Program-made: the position numbers and the translations under genes | Part shown: one piece after another, positions 18,491 to 26,462 of the stretch | How positions within the stretch are numbered: position 1 is the first letter of the stretch | Layout of the letters: each line of letters opens with the position of its first letter | The notes under the pieces: model-generated | The model's input: only the letters and a program-made list of their open reading frames with translations | What the model was told of the DNA's origin: nothing | Database searches by the model: none | Assembly (NCBI GenBank): GCA_021790995.1 | Contig: JAJYFA010000001.1 | Span: forward strand, 5,520 to 69,519 | Reading direction: 5' to 3' | Length of the DNA: 64,000 bases | From: Acidobacteriota bacterium | GTDB lineage: Bacteria > Acidobacteriota > Terriglobia > Terriglobales > Acidobacteriaceae

Positions 18491-18551
18491 CGACGGTACT
18501 CCGGCAGAATCACTTTGAACCCACTTGCCCTGCCTTTTCGGGGGCTTTTCA
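18491..18551. repeat. Copy A of a ~60-bp repeat (inverted relative to copy B at 29041-29100); possible solo IS-end remnant
   Basis: The reverse complement tgaaaagcccccgaaaaggcagggcaagtgggttcaaagtgattctgccggagtaccgtcg aligns with 29041-29100 at about 54 of 60 positions, with one 1-nt gap. It starts 3 nt after the DegT stop. Confidence 0.8.
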
Positions 18552-18736
18552 GTGAGCGTTACGTCAATCTCAGGCCCTGCGAAGATTGTGGGACTTGATT
18601 TTGCGGGGCAACGGTCCGAGCTTTCTGGGCAAGCTTCCACCGATTAGGCATCCTGGCTGCAAAAAGATTTCCGTCTCAGCTTCAAGGCAACGAGCCTGTT
18701 ATACTTCTGGGGCAGTTCGATCGGGGAGGACTCACG

Positions 18737-19258
18737 ATGCAGTTGCAGACGATGACAAGAGTGATGACCTGCGCGGCCGTCATGGTCGTGCTGGGGGCGT
18801 CAGGCTGGGCAAGTGCTCAATCTGGCGCGAATACTGTGCTGAAGCCGGCTGAGCTCCAAAAGCTGTTCCCGGCAACTGTGTATTACGACGGGCAAAGCGC
18901 GCCAGTGCAGTTGCGCAATTCCGCAGGCGTCAAGTTCACCGATGGGCATTACATGCTGGCCAGCCTGGTTGACACCAGCGGTTATTCCTCCGGATTGGCG
19001 GCCAAGTATCAGGGCTATCTGATCGCTGAAGTTCCACTGAAGATCGGTGGCAAGCTTTTGCCCGCAGGCGCCTACGGCTTTGGTTTTCTGGGTGGCGGCA
19101 GGTTTCTGGTGACCGACTTGGGTGGCCACGATGTGCTCACGGCGCAGTCGGTGACGGACACCGCCATGAGCCGGCCCCGTCCCATGCAGGTGACCGTCGA
19201 TGCTAGCCGTGGCTTCCGCCTTTATGCGGGTCGCAGCTACGTGCATTTCAGCCGGTAA
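18737..19258 (+). CDS. Small secreted protein of unknown function (paralog of 22929-23465)
   Basis: 173 aa. The RBS ggggagga lies 8 nt upstream of the ATG. Signal peptide is MTCAAVMVVLGASGWASAQS. The core SGYSSGLAAKYQGYLIAEVPLKIGGKLLPAGAYGFGF aligns with AGYSADGKYSHYLIVQVPVRIGGIALKPGEYAFGW in the paralog. Confidence 0.7.
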   Translation: MQLQTMTRVMTCAAVMVVLGASGWASAQSGANTVLKPAELQKLFPATVYYDGQSAPVQLRNSAGVKFTDGHYMLASLVDTSGYSSGLAAKYQGYLIAEVPLKIGGKLLPAGAYGFGFLGGGRFLVTDLGGHDVLTAQSVTDTAMSRPRPMQVTVDASRGFRLYAGRSYVHFSR

Positions 19259-19270
19259 GACAAAATAGCC

Positions 19271-22200
19271 GTGAGCCTCTGCCGGCCCGGTTTCCGCGAT
19301 GCGCGTTGCGTGTGGGGATCTGGAGGCAGAGGGCTGTTTGGAGTCACAATCCAGCGCATCGTTATCCCCGTGCTTCTTTGCTGGGCAGTAGCCGCTATTG
19401 CTCTTGAGCCTTCCACGCCTCTTGCGAACTATGGTCGGCAGGCATGGTCCATGGAAAACGGCCTGCCACAGAATACGGTCCAGGCTTTGGCGCAGACCCG
19501 GGATGGATTTCTGTGGCTGGGCACGGAAGCCGGACTGATCCGTTTTGACGGTGTAAAGTTCCAAATCTTCGATCGCAATTCCAATCCGGCCTTGCCGGGC
19601 ACTGATATTCGCGCGTTGCTTGCGACGCGCGGCGGTGCCCTTTGGATTGGGACAGACGCTGGATTGGCACGGTGGAAGGGCGGATCGGCTCGCGTGTTTA
19701 CGGCGAACGACGGGCTGCCTGACAACGGCATTGTAGCTTTGGATGAGGATGCCAGTGGGACGCTTGAGGTGTGGACGGAGCAGGGCGCGGTTCGGATGGT
19801 GGGTGATCGCTTTGTTCCCTTGACTGGAGGTGCGATTCCTCCGACGGCGCTCCCTGCGCCGGGACAGTACCCCGGAGTCACACTATTTGAAGCGCAGATG
19901 CCGAACGGGATCTCGCTGACAGGCGATCGAAGCGTTCTGCATCTTGCTTCGAGCAGAAAGGCGGCAGGCGTGGCAACTCGCCTGGCCGTGGGCAGGGAAC
20001 TTCCCGGCACACGGATACAGGCAGTTCTGGCCGACCGCGAAGGCGCGCTCTGGATTGGCACCAACGCGGGTCTCGTGCGGTGGACGAATGGCAAAGTCGA
20101 GCGCTTTCCCTTTACCGATCCGCTGTCCACGGCATCGATTTTGGCGCTGAAGGAAGACCGCGAGGGAGATCTGTGGGTAGGGACTGAGACAGATGGTTTG
20201 GACATCCTGCGCGATCAGCGATTCCACACACTGGATACGCGGGAGGGACTCTCTTCCGACCGCATCACCACCGTCGTGGAAGACGCGGCTGGGTCGCTGT
20301 GGGTGGGGACGCAGTCAGATGGAGTGAATGTTCTCAGGCGTGGCGCAGGCTCGGCGGAGTGGCGCGTCACGCGCACCCTTACGGTAGCGAACGGCCTGGC
20401 GAGCAACGTGATCCTGTCGCTGGCGGCGGCGCCAAATGGCGATGTTTGGGTGGGCACGCCCGATGGTTTGAACCGGATTCACGGCGGCCACGTGGACACG
20501 TTTACCTCGGCCGATGGATTGCCCGACGATTTTATTCGTTCGTTGCTTGTTGATTCCGATGGGTCGCTCTGGGTCGGCACGCGGCGCGGATTAACGCACT
20601 GGGAGACCGGCAAGAGTGGGCCAAAGAACTTTATCTACGGCGCGCGCATGGAAACTTATACGCACGCGAACGGACTAGGCAGCGACCTGGTGGGCGCCAT
20701 GGCGCGCGATGCGGGCGGCAAGCTTTGGGTGGCGACCTTGGCTGGGCTCTCGCAACTCGACCGCCATACAATCTCCAACTTCACCACCGCGAACGGACTT
20801 TCAAGCAACGTGGTGACGGCGCTTTTGCCGCGTAGTGACGGAACGCTGTTGATCGGCACGCAGGATCACGGATGGGAGGTGTGGGACGGCCGGAAGTTCT
20901 CCCGCGCGATGCGTGACGGCCTGGAACAGACCACCATTTACGCCATCCTGGACGATGGCGAAGGGCATCTTTGGTTTGCCACAGGCAACGGCATTGCGCG
21001 CTGCGATTGTCGCGCGATCGGGGGGAAGGATCGCGCGCAGGGCCTTTCCCATTCCATGGAGTTCGGCACGGCCGATGGGCTGCGCAGCCGCGAGACGGCA
21101 ACCAACAGCCACCCTTCGGCCTGGCGATCGCGCGCGGGGACTCTTTGGTTTGCCACCCCAAAGGGACTGGTGGAAGTGGATCCCGCACACTTTCCTGTCA
21201 ACACGATTCCGCCCGAGGTGGCTCTGGAAAGGTTCGCGGTCGACGATGTGGCCCAGCCATTGCATGGAGCAGGCTCCTGGTTGAAGGTGCGGGCGGGACG
21301 TGTGCATTTCGAGTTTGACTACGCAGGACTGAGTTTTGTCGCGCCGCAAAAGGTGCGCTACCGCTACATGCTCCAGGGCTTCGACCGCGGCTGGACCGAG
21401 GCCGGCGCGCGCCGCGCTGCATATTACACGAATATTCCGCCCGGCCGATACACATTCCGGGTGCAGGCGGCCAACAACGACGGAGTGTGGAGTACGGCCG
21501 ATGCCGAGCTCAGCTTCGAGTTGCGCCCGCACTTCTATCAGACTCTCTGGTTCTATCTGTTGCTGCTGGCAGCCGGAACAGGAGCGGTTATGTTTGTGTG
21601 GAGGCTTCGGCTGGGGCGCGCCCAGCGGGAGTTTCAGGCGGTATTGGCGGAGCGCAGCCGGATCGCGCGGGAGATCCACGATACGCTGGCGCAGGGTTAT
21701 GCAGGCGTATCGGTCCAGTTGGAGGTTCTTGCCGAACTGTTGCGCCAGCACAAAATGGCAGACGCCGCGAAGCAATTAGATAAGGCCCGCGAGCATGTGC
21801 GGCACGGGCTGGCGGATGCGCGGCAATCAATCTGGGCATTGCGCACCCAGGATCCGGGCGAAGATACGCTGCCGGTGAAGCTGCGGCGCATCGTGGATGC
21901 AGCTGGGGTCAACGGACTGATTTCGCACTTCAACCTGTTTGGAGCGTACCGGCCTCTACCGGTCGAGATGGAGCGCGAATTACTGCGCGTGGCGCAGGAA
22001 GCCATTCATAATGTGAAGAAGCATGCCAGCGCCGGCGATATCTGGGTTCATTTGGAGTACGGGCCTGAGGCGATCGTGCTGGAAGTCAGAGATAACGGAC
22101 GGGGCGGCGCGATGGAGTCTGCCGCGGAGTCCGGACGGACACAGTTTGGACTCGTGGGCATGAGGGAGCGTGCGGCAACGATCGGAGCCATATTGGAAGT

Positions 22201-22288
22201 GCGAAGCGAAGCGGGCGAGGGAACGATGGTCCGTTTGCGCGCGCCAGCTCGTGGAGGAGCGCGTGAACAGGGGAGGAAAAAAGAGTGA
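19271..22288 (+). CDS. Sensor histidine kinase with periplasmic Reg_prop beta-propeller repeats and a Y_Y_Y domain, then HisKA_3 and HATPase_c
   Basis: 1005 aa with many repeats of the type ENGLPQNTVQALAQTRDGFLWLGTEAGLIRFDG. The Y_Y_Y block is VRYRYMLQGFDRGWTEAGARRAAYYTNIPPGRYTFRVQA. A TM segment is followed by the H-box RIAREIHDTLAQG and the ATPase region EVRDNGRG...FGLVGMRERA. The GTG start at 19271 is uncertain. Confidence 0.85.
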   Translation: MSLCRPGFRDARCVWGSGGRGLFGVTIQRIVIPVLLCWAVAAIALEPSTPLANYGRQAWSMENGLPQNTVQALAQTRDGFLWLGTEAGLIRFDGVKFQIFDRNSNPALPGTDIRALLATRGGALWIGTDAGLARWKGGSARVFTANDGLPDNGIVALDEDASGTLEVWTEQGAVRMVGDRFVPLTGGAIPPTALPAPGQYPGVTLFEAQMPNGISLTGDRSVLHLASSRKAAGVATRLAVGRELPGTRIQAVLADREGALWIGTNAGLVRWTNGKVERFPFTDPLSTASILALKEDREGDLWVGTETDGLDILRDQRFHTLDTREGLSSDRITTVVEDAAGSLWVGTQSDGVNVLRRGAGSAEWRVTRTLTVANGLASNVILSLAAAPNGDVWVGTPDGLNRIHGGHVDTFTSADGLPDDFIRSLLVDSDGSLWVGTRRGLTHWETGKSGPKNFIYGARMETYTHANGLGSDLVGAMARDAGGKLWVATLAGLSQLDRHTISNFTTANGLSSNVVTALLPRSDGTLLIGTQDHGWEVWDGRKFSRAMRDGLEQTTIYAILDDGEGHLWFATGNGIARCDCRAIGGKDRAQGLSHSMEFGTADGLRSRETATNSHPSAWRSRAGTLWFATPKGLVEVDPAHFPVNTIPPEVALERFAVDDVAQPLHGAGSWLKVRAGRVHFEFDYAGLSFVAPQKVRYRYMLQGFDRGWTEAGARRAAYYTNIPPGRYTFRVQAANNDGVWSTADAELSFELRPHFYQTLWFYLLLLAAGTGAVMFVWRLRLGRAQREFQAVLAERSRIAREIHDTLAQGYAGVSVQLEVLAELLRQHKMADAAKQLDKAREHVRHGLADARQSIWALRTQDPGEDTLPVKLRRIVDAAGVNGLISHFNLFGAYRPLPVEMERELLRVAQEAIHNVKKHASAGDIWVHLEYGPEAIVLEVRDNGRGGAMESAAESGRTQFGLVGMRERAATIGAILEVRSEAGEGTMVRLRAPARGGAREQGRKKE

Positions 22289-22932
22289 CAACGGAATCGA
22301 TCCGTGTACTGATCGTCGAAGACCATAATGTGGTTCGCGAGGGATTGGTGGCGCTGCTGAGGGTGGCAAGCGGTTTGGTGGTGGTGGGCGAAGCCGCGGA
22401 CGGCGTGGAGGCTATCGCGCAGTTTCGCAGGTGCCAGCCTGACATCACGCTGATTGACCTGCGGCTGCCTAGACTGAGCGGCGTGGACGTGATCGAGCGC
22501 ATCCGCATGGAGACGCCTCAGGCCCGGTTCATCGTGCTGACGACCTACGACGGCGACGAGGATATTTACCGTGCTCTGAAGGCAGGCGCGCGGGCGTATC
22601 TGCTGAAAGGAATGACCAGCGAGGATCTCATTAGCACTATCCACGCAGTCCATGCGGGCAAATCGCATATTCCCCCGGCCATCGCCGAGCGGCTGGCCGA
22701 GCGCATGGGCGCGCAGGATCTGACTCCGCGGGAGTTTGACGTGCTGGAACACATCGTCGGCGGCAACAGCAACAAGGAGATTGCAACTGCGCTGGGAGTC
22801 TCCGAGGCGACGGTGAAGACGCACATCAACAGTCTGCTGGGCAAGCTGGGTGTGACGGACCGGACGCAGGCGGCCACGGCGGCCATTCAGCGCGGTATTG
22901 TTCCGCTCGAATCGTTGAAGAGGCTCAAATGA
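22285..22932 (+). CDS. NarL/LuxR-family response regulator (REC + LuxR HTH)
   Basis: 215 aa with a GTGA overlap with the kinase stop. Contains IRVLIVEDHNVVREGL, PDITLIDLRLP and the HTH LTPREFDVLEHIVGGNSNKEIATALGVSEATVKTHINSLLGKLGV. Confidence 0.9.
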   Translation: MTTESIRVLIVEDHNVVREGLVALLRVASGLVVVGEAADGVEAIAQFRRCQPDITLIDLRLPRLSGVDVIERIRMETPQARFIVLTTYDGDEDIYRALKAGARAYLLKGMTSEDLISTIHAVHAGKSHIPPAIAERLAERMGAQDLTPREFDVLEHIVGGNSNKEIATALGVSEATVKTHINSLLGKLGVTDRTQAATAAIQRGIVPLESLKRLK

Positions 22933-23465
22933 CAACTGGGAGCAGGGTGAAAAGCGCATTGTGGTGCGGAGCTTTTCTGTGGGTGGCGGCGCTGCCGGCG
23001 CCGGCGCTGAAATCGGCCTGGCGGCAGGCTGCGCCGGCGGAACTCCAATCGGTGCTGCCAGCGCGAGCGCCTGTCCAGAGCGAACACATCGAGACGGAGA
23101 TGCGCACGGCCTCGGGAATTGTGGACGAGCGTGGACGTTTTATTGCCGGCGTTGTCCTGATCACGGCGGGCTACTCAGCAGACGGCAAGTACTCCCACTA
23201 TCTGATCGTGCAGGTGCCTGTGCGCATCGGGGGCATCGCTCTCAAGCCCGGTGAGTACGCGTTCGGCTGGACCCGTAGCGACAACGGCGAGACGCTGAAA
23301 GTGCACTTCAATGTGGCTGCGACGGGCGCGCTGGTGGGCACGACCGAGGCGCACAGAATCCCCGGTTCAAACCGTGTGGAGAGCCTGCACATCTGGCCAC
23401 CAGACGACAAGCCTCTCGTCCAGATCGGAAGGTTTGGGATCCCTTACAAGCTGGGTGACAGATAA
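22929..23465 (+). CDS. Small secreted protein of unknown function (paralog of 18737-19258)
   Basis: 178 aa. An ATGA overlap with the regulator stop suggests translational coupling. It has a signal-like N-terminus and clear homology to the 18737 product (see that entry). Confidence 0.7.
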   Translation: MTTGSRVKSALWCGAFLWVAALPAPALKSAWRQAAPAELQSVLPARAPVQSEHIETEMRTASGIVDERGRFIAGVVLITAGYSADGKYSHYLIVQVPVRIGGIALKPGEYAFGWTRSDNGETLKVHFNVAATGALVGTTEAHRIPGSNRVESLHIWPPDDKPLVQIGRFGIPYKLGDR

Positions 23466-23536
23466 CCGCACGGCCAATCCGGTCTCCACCTTTCGGTCGA
23501 TCCTGCTTTTCATTCTGTCCTCGTATACTTGCTGCG

Positions 23537-25435
23537 ATGCTTCTTCCCCTGCGTGCTTCCCTTTTGTTTGGCCTGATCCTGACGAGCGCCCCTGTGCTGC
23601 TTTTATTACAGGTGGCCGATTCCGCTCCCGCATTCGGCCAATCGGTCTCGTCCGCAGATCAGTCTGCCCAGTCGCCGGCAACCGGCGGCGAGGCGACGGG
23701 CCCTCCGCGTCCGGCCCAGTTTGACGAGCAGCACCGGCCGATCACCGCGGGAGGTTTTGTGACGAGCGGGCCGGTGATCTTCGAAGACATCTCCGAGAAG
23801 GCCGGGATCACGCACTGGACCCACAAGATGGGCACCAAAGAAAAGAAGTACATCGTTGAGACCAACGGCTCGGGAGTCTGCCTGATCGACTACGACAACG
23901 ACGGCTGGCTCGACATTTACCTCGTCAACGGCTCGACCTTCGATGCGCTGGACGGCAAGGAGACGCCGCCGCACGCCGCGCTGTTTCACAACAACCACGA
24001 CGGCACGTTCACCGATGTCAGCGCCAAGGCCGGCGTCACCAACGACCGCTGGGGATTTGGCTGCGCCGTAGCCGATTACGACAACGACGGCTGGCCGGAT
24101 CTCTACGTAACCAACTGGGGCAAGAACCGTCTTTATCACAACAACCATGACGGCACGTTCACCGACGTTGCCGAAAAGGCTGGAGTGACACTAGGCAACT
24201 GGTCCACTGGCGCCACCTGGGGCGACTACGACGGCGATGGACGGCTCGATCTGTTCGTGCCCGGCTACGTGCACTTCGACCGAAACAATTTGCCCTCGGG
24301 TGGCGCCAACGGCGTTCCGGATACGTTTTGCACCTTCCGCGGCGTCGAGGTGAACTGCGGGCCGCGCGGTCTGAAGGGCGAGCCGGATCATCTCTTCCAT
24401 AACAACGGCGACGGCACCTTCACCGACGTGAGCCAGAAGGCCGGCGTGGCCGACAACCCCGGCTACTATGGGCTGAGTTCCTTGTTTGTCGACATCAACA
24501 ATGACGGCAAGGTCGACCTTCTCGTGGCCAACGACTCGACACCCAACTACCTTTACATCAACAAGGGCGACGGGACCTTCGACGACGTGAGCTACCCGTC
24601 GGGCTATGCCGTTGACGAGGCGGGACACGAGACCGCTTCCATGGGGATTGCGGCCGGCGACTTTGAGAACAGCGGCATGGTCGACATCTTCAATACCACG
24701 TTTTCCGACGATTACAAGGTGCTCTATCGCAACGAGGGCGACGCCAACCTGACCGACATCAGCTTCCAGTTGGGGATCGCCGAGATTACAGTGCCATTTC
24801 TTGGATGGGGTGATGCGTTCCTGGACTACGATAACGACGGCTGGAAGGATCTGATGATGGCCGACGGACACGTGTACCCGCAGGTCGATCAGCACTCCTG
24901 GGGCACAAGCTGGGCTCAGCGGCCCATGCTGTTTCATAACATTGGAGGGAAAAAGCTTGAGCCGGTTCCGGCCGTCGAGGGCACCGGGCTTGCCGACGTG
25001 ATCTCCGGGCGCGGAATGGCAGTGGGCGATCTGTTCAACGACGGCAAGCTCGATGCCGTCATCAATGCGATCGACAGCCACCCGGTGCTGCTGCGCAACG
25101 TAAGTCCGGACCACAACCATTGGTTGGAGCTGAAGCTGATGGGCGGAACGAAGAGCCCGCGCGATGCGGTCGGCGCAACCGTGTATCTGACCGCGAGCGG
25201 CATGCGCCAGCGCGAAGATGTGCTGAGCGGAGGAAGCTACGGCTCGACAGGCGACCCGCGGCCACACTTTGGGCTCGGCCAGGCAACGAAGGTCGACGAC
25301 ATCGAAGTGCATTGGCCCAGCGGAAGCATCGAGCACTTCACCGTGCCGGGCGTGGATCGCATCGTAGCCATCACCGAAGGAACAGGAAAGCAGGCCGTAA
25401 GCCCAACGCCCGCAGCCAAGAAAGCGGCCAACTAA
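23537..25435 (+). CDS. CRTAC1-family protein (FG-GAP/VCBS + ASPIC/UnbV), paralog 3
   Basis: 632 aa with signal peptide MLLPLRASLLFGLILTSAPVLLLL. Repeats include DYDNDGWLDIYLVNG, FHNNHDGTFTDVSAKAGV (three times) and DYDGDGRLDLFVPG. The UnbV tail is RDAVGATVYLTASG..SGGSYGSTGDPRPHFGLG....VHWPSGSIE. Confidence 0.9.
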   Translation: MLLPLRASLLFGLILTSAPVLLLLQVADSAPAFGQSVSSADQSAQSPATGGEATGPPRPAQFDEQHRPITAGGFVTSGPVIFEDISEKAGITHWTHKMGTKEKKYIVETNGSGVCLIDYDNDGWLDIYLVNGSTFDALDGKETPPHAALFHNNHDGTFTDVSAKAGVTNDRWGFGCAVADYDNDGWPDLYVTNWGKNRLYHNNHDGTFTDVAEKAGVTLGNWSTGATWGDYDGDGRLDLFVPGYVHFDRNNLPSGGANGVPDTFCTFRGVEVNCGPRGLKGEPDHLFHNNGDGTFTDVSQKAGVADNPGYYGLSSLFVDINNDGKVDLLVANDSTPNYLYINKGDGTFDDVSYPSGYAVDEAGHETASMGIAAGDFENSGMVDIFNTTFSDDYKVLYRNEGDANLTDISFQLGIAEITVPFLGWGDAFLDYDNDGWKDLMMADGHVYPQVDQHSWGTSWAQRPMLFHNIGGKKLEPVPAVEGTGLADVISGRGMAVGDLFNDGKLDAVINAIDSHPVLLRNVSPDHNHWLELKLMGGTKSPRDAVGATVYLTASGMRQREDVLSGGSYGSTGDPRPHFGLGQATKVDDIEVHWPSGSIEHFTVPGVDRIVAITEGTGKQAVSPTPAAKKAAN

Positions 25436-26265
25436 AACAGCAGCCGCGTTGTAATTGCGATCCCGTGGTTGTACGTGTGGAAGCTGCTGGTTGCGATTTG
25501 CATGCCTCCGCCAACACAGAGACCGAGCCGCCCGTCAGTCTCACCGTGCCGGTGCTTGATGCTCAGCAGAAGTCCGGGAGTGGCGAAGGTCTGGTTTTTG
25601 CCGTCGTTCGGACCTCCGCTGAACCATGTGGAGTTGAGCTCGATCTCCGGCCAGAAATATTTGGCGAGATGAAGCTGGCCTGCGGTGTTCCACGCGATTG
25701 CCCGACCCAGCGTGGCCGTATCCTCGACCGGCAGGCTCGCGCCCAGCGTGGTTTGCACGTCGAATGGTCCGAAGCCCTTGCCGAATCCCAGATTCGGCGA
25801 GATAGTTGCGTCGGGACTGCCGTTTTTGTAACTTCCGGTGGGAATCGTAGACGCCAGAAACGCGCTCAGGACGTAATTCCCGTGCTCTGCATTGCCGGCG
25901 AGAGGACGATATTTGAGGACAAACGACATATCGCCCGCGCCGTTGGTAACGGTCGGCAAATTGTGCAGGCAATACGCCGGAAGATTCACGTCGACTTCCG
26001 TATTGGCAAATGGGATCAGGTTGAGACCTTTGCTCCCGTCGAGGCTCCATGTCTGTACGAGGTTCGTAGCGGTCTGGCGGATGAAGTCTATTCTGGCGAC
26101 CTGGATCAATCCGACATAGGTAGTGATGATAGGCGGCGGCCAGGCGGGTTGTCTGGCCTGCGTCGCGCTGGCACGCTGCTCCCAGCGCCCGGTGAAGCTG
26201 TTCTGCGCCGGGAGGTGCGGAGCCCATACAAGAAGTGGCAGTAACATGAGAGTCTTGCGCCGCAT
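25432..26265 (-). CDS. Putative small outer-membrane beta-barrel protein (MetA-pathway/transporter-like)
   Basis: I trimmed the ORF to the ATG at 26265, giving signal peptide MRRKTLMLLPLLVWAPHLPAQ. It shows an alternating hydrophobic pattern, aromatic-rich strands, and the terminal ...TTRLLF with a C-terminal Phe typical of OM barrels. Its stop overlaps the stop of the convergent CRTAC1 gene. The family call is from memory only. Confidence 0.5.
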   Translation of the reverse strand: MRRKTLMLLPLLVWAPHLPAQNSFTGRWEQRASATQARQPAWPPPIITTYVGLIQVARIDFIRQTATNLVQTWSLDGSKGLNLIPFANTEVDVNLPAYCLHNLPTVTNGAGDMSFVLKYRPLAGNAEHGNYVLSAFLASTIPTGSYKNGSPDATISPNLGFGKGFGPFDVQTTLGASLPVEDTATLGRAIAWNTAGQLHLAKYFWPEIELNSTWFSGGPNDGKNQTFATPGLLLSIKHRHGETDGRLGLCVGGGMQIATSSFHTYNHGIAITTRLLF

Positions 26266-26462
26266 GGTGACCTCGTCTAGGGAAAAAGCAAAGGAGCCAC
26301 TTGAGCATGACGGGCAGCCCGCGCAGCGCACAAGCAACTTTCGATGGAGATGGCGCTCCAACCACTGAGAAACACTGACGGCAACTCACGCGGGAGTGAG
26401 CCTGCCGCATCCCGCGAGCGGCATCAACCTATTGGTTGAGATTCATCCGCATCCAAAGCAGG

